Shown here one piece after another: positions 63,946-64,000 of a DNA stretch of 64,000 nt (the stretch's first letter is position 1; the number at the start of each line of letters is the position of its first letter). The DNA is from Octopus bimaculoides. Its lineage: Eukaryota. A program made the position numbers and the translations under genes. The DNA lies in NCBI RefSeq assembly GCF_001194135.2, contig NC_068993.1, forward strand, positions 16,998,839 to 17,062,838. Reading direction: 5' to 3'. The notes under the pieces are model-generated. The model was not told where the DNA came from, did no database searches, and was given only the letters and a program-made list of their open reading frames with translations.

Positions 63946-64000
<55 letters not shown>

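Overview
Eukaryotic, AT-rich, repeat-dense DNA with N-gaps. The SINE, LINE and MITE repertoire and the (TA)n/(CA)n/(GA)n load look like an Octopus (coleoid cephalopod) draft assembly; this is recognised from memory of the repeat families, not from a search. I could not name any host protein-coding gene, and almost all listed ORFs are microsatellite or N-gap artefacts. Supported content: (i) decayed transposons, namely an L1/Tx1-type ORF2 3' end, two RTE LINE remnants, a Tc1 transposase pseudogene, hAT, piggyBac-like and mariner MITEs with TIRs/TSDs, and many tRNA-derived SINEs, some in head-to-tail arrays; (ii) a CpG-retaining domain at ~1-11 kb containing a candidate ETS/CRE promoter flanked by an inverted repeat pair; (iii) a CpG-depleted domain from ~11 kb to the end that looks like the methylated body of a large gene, with scattered candidate exons, mostly on the + strand. 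The most striking unexplained structure is a ~180-bp-arm, ~92%-identical fold-back at 46,479-46,864. Repeat boundaries are approximate unless a TSD is quoted.
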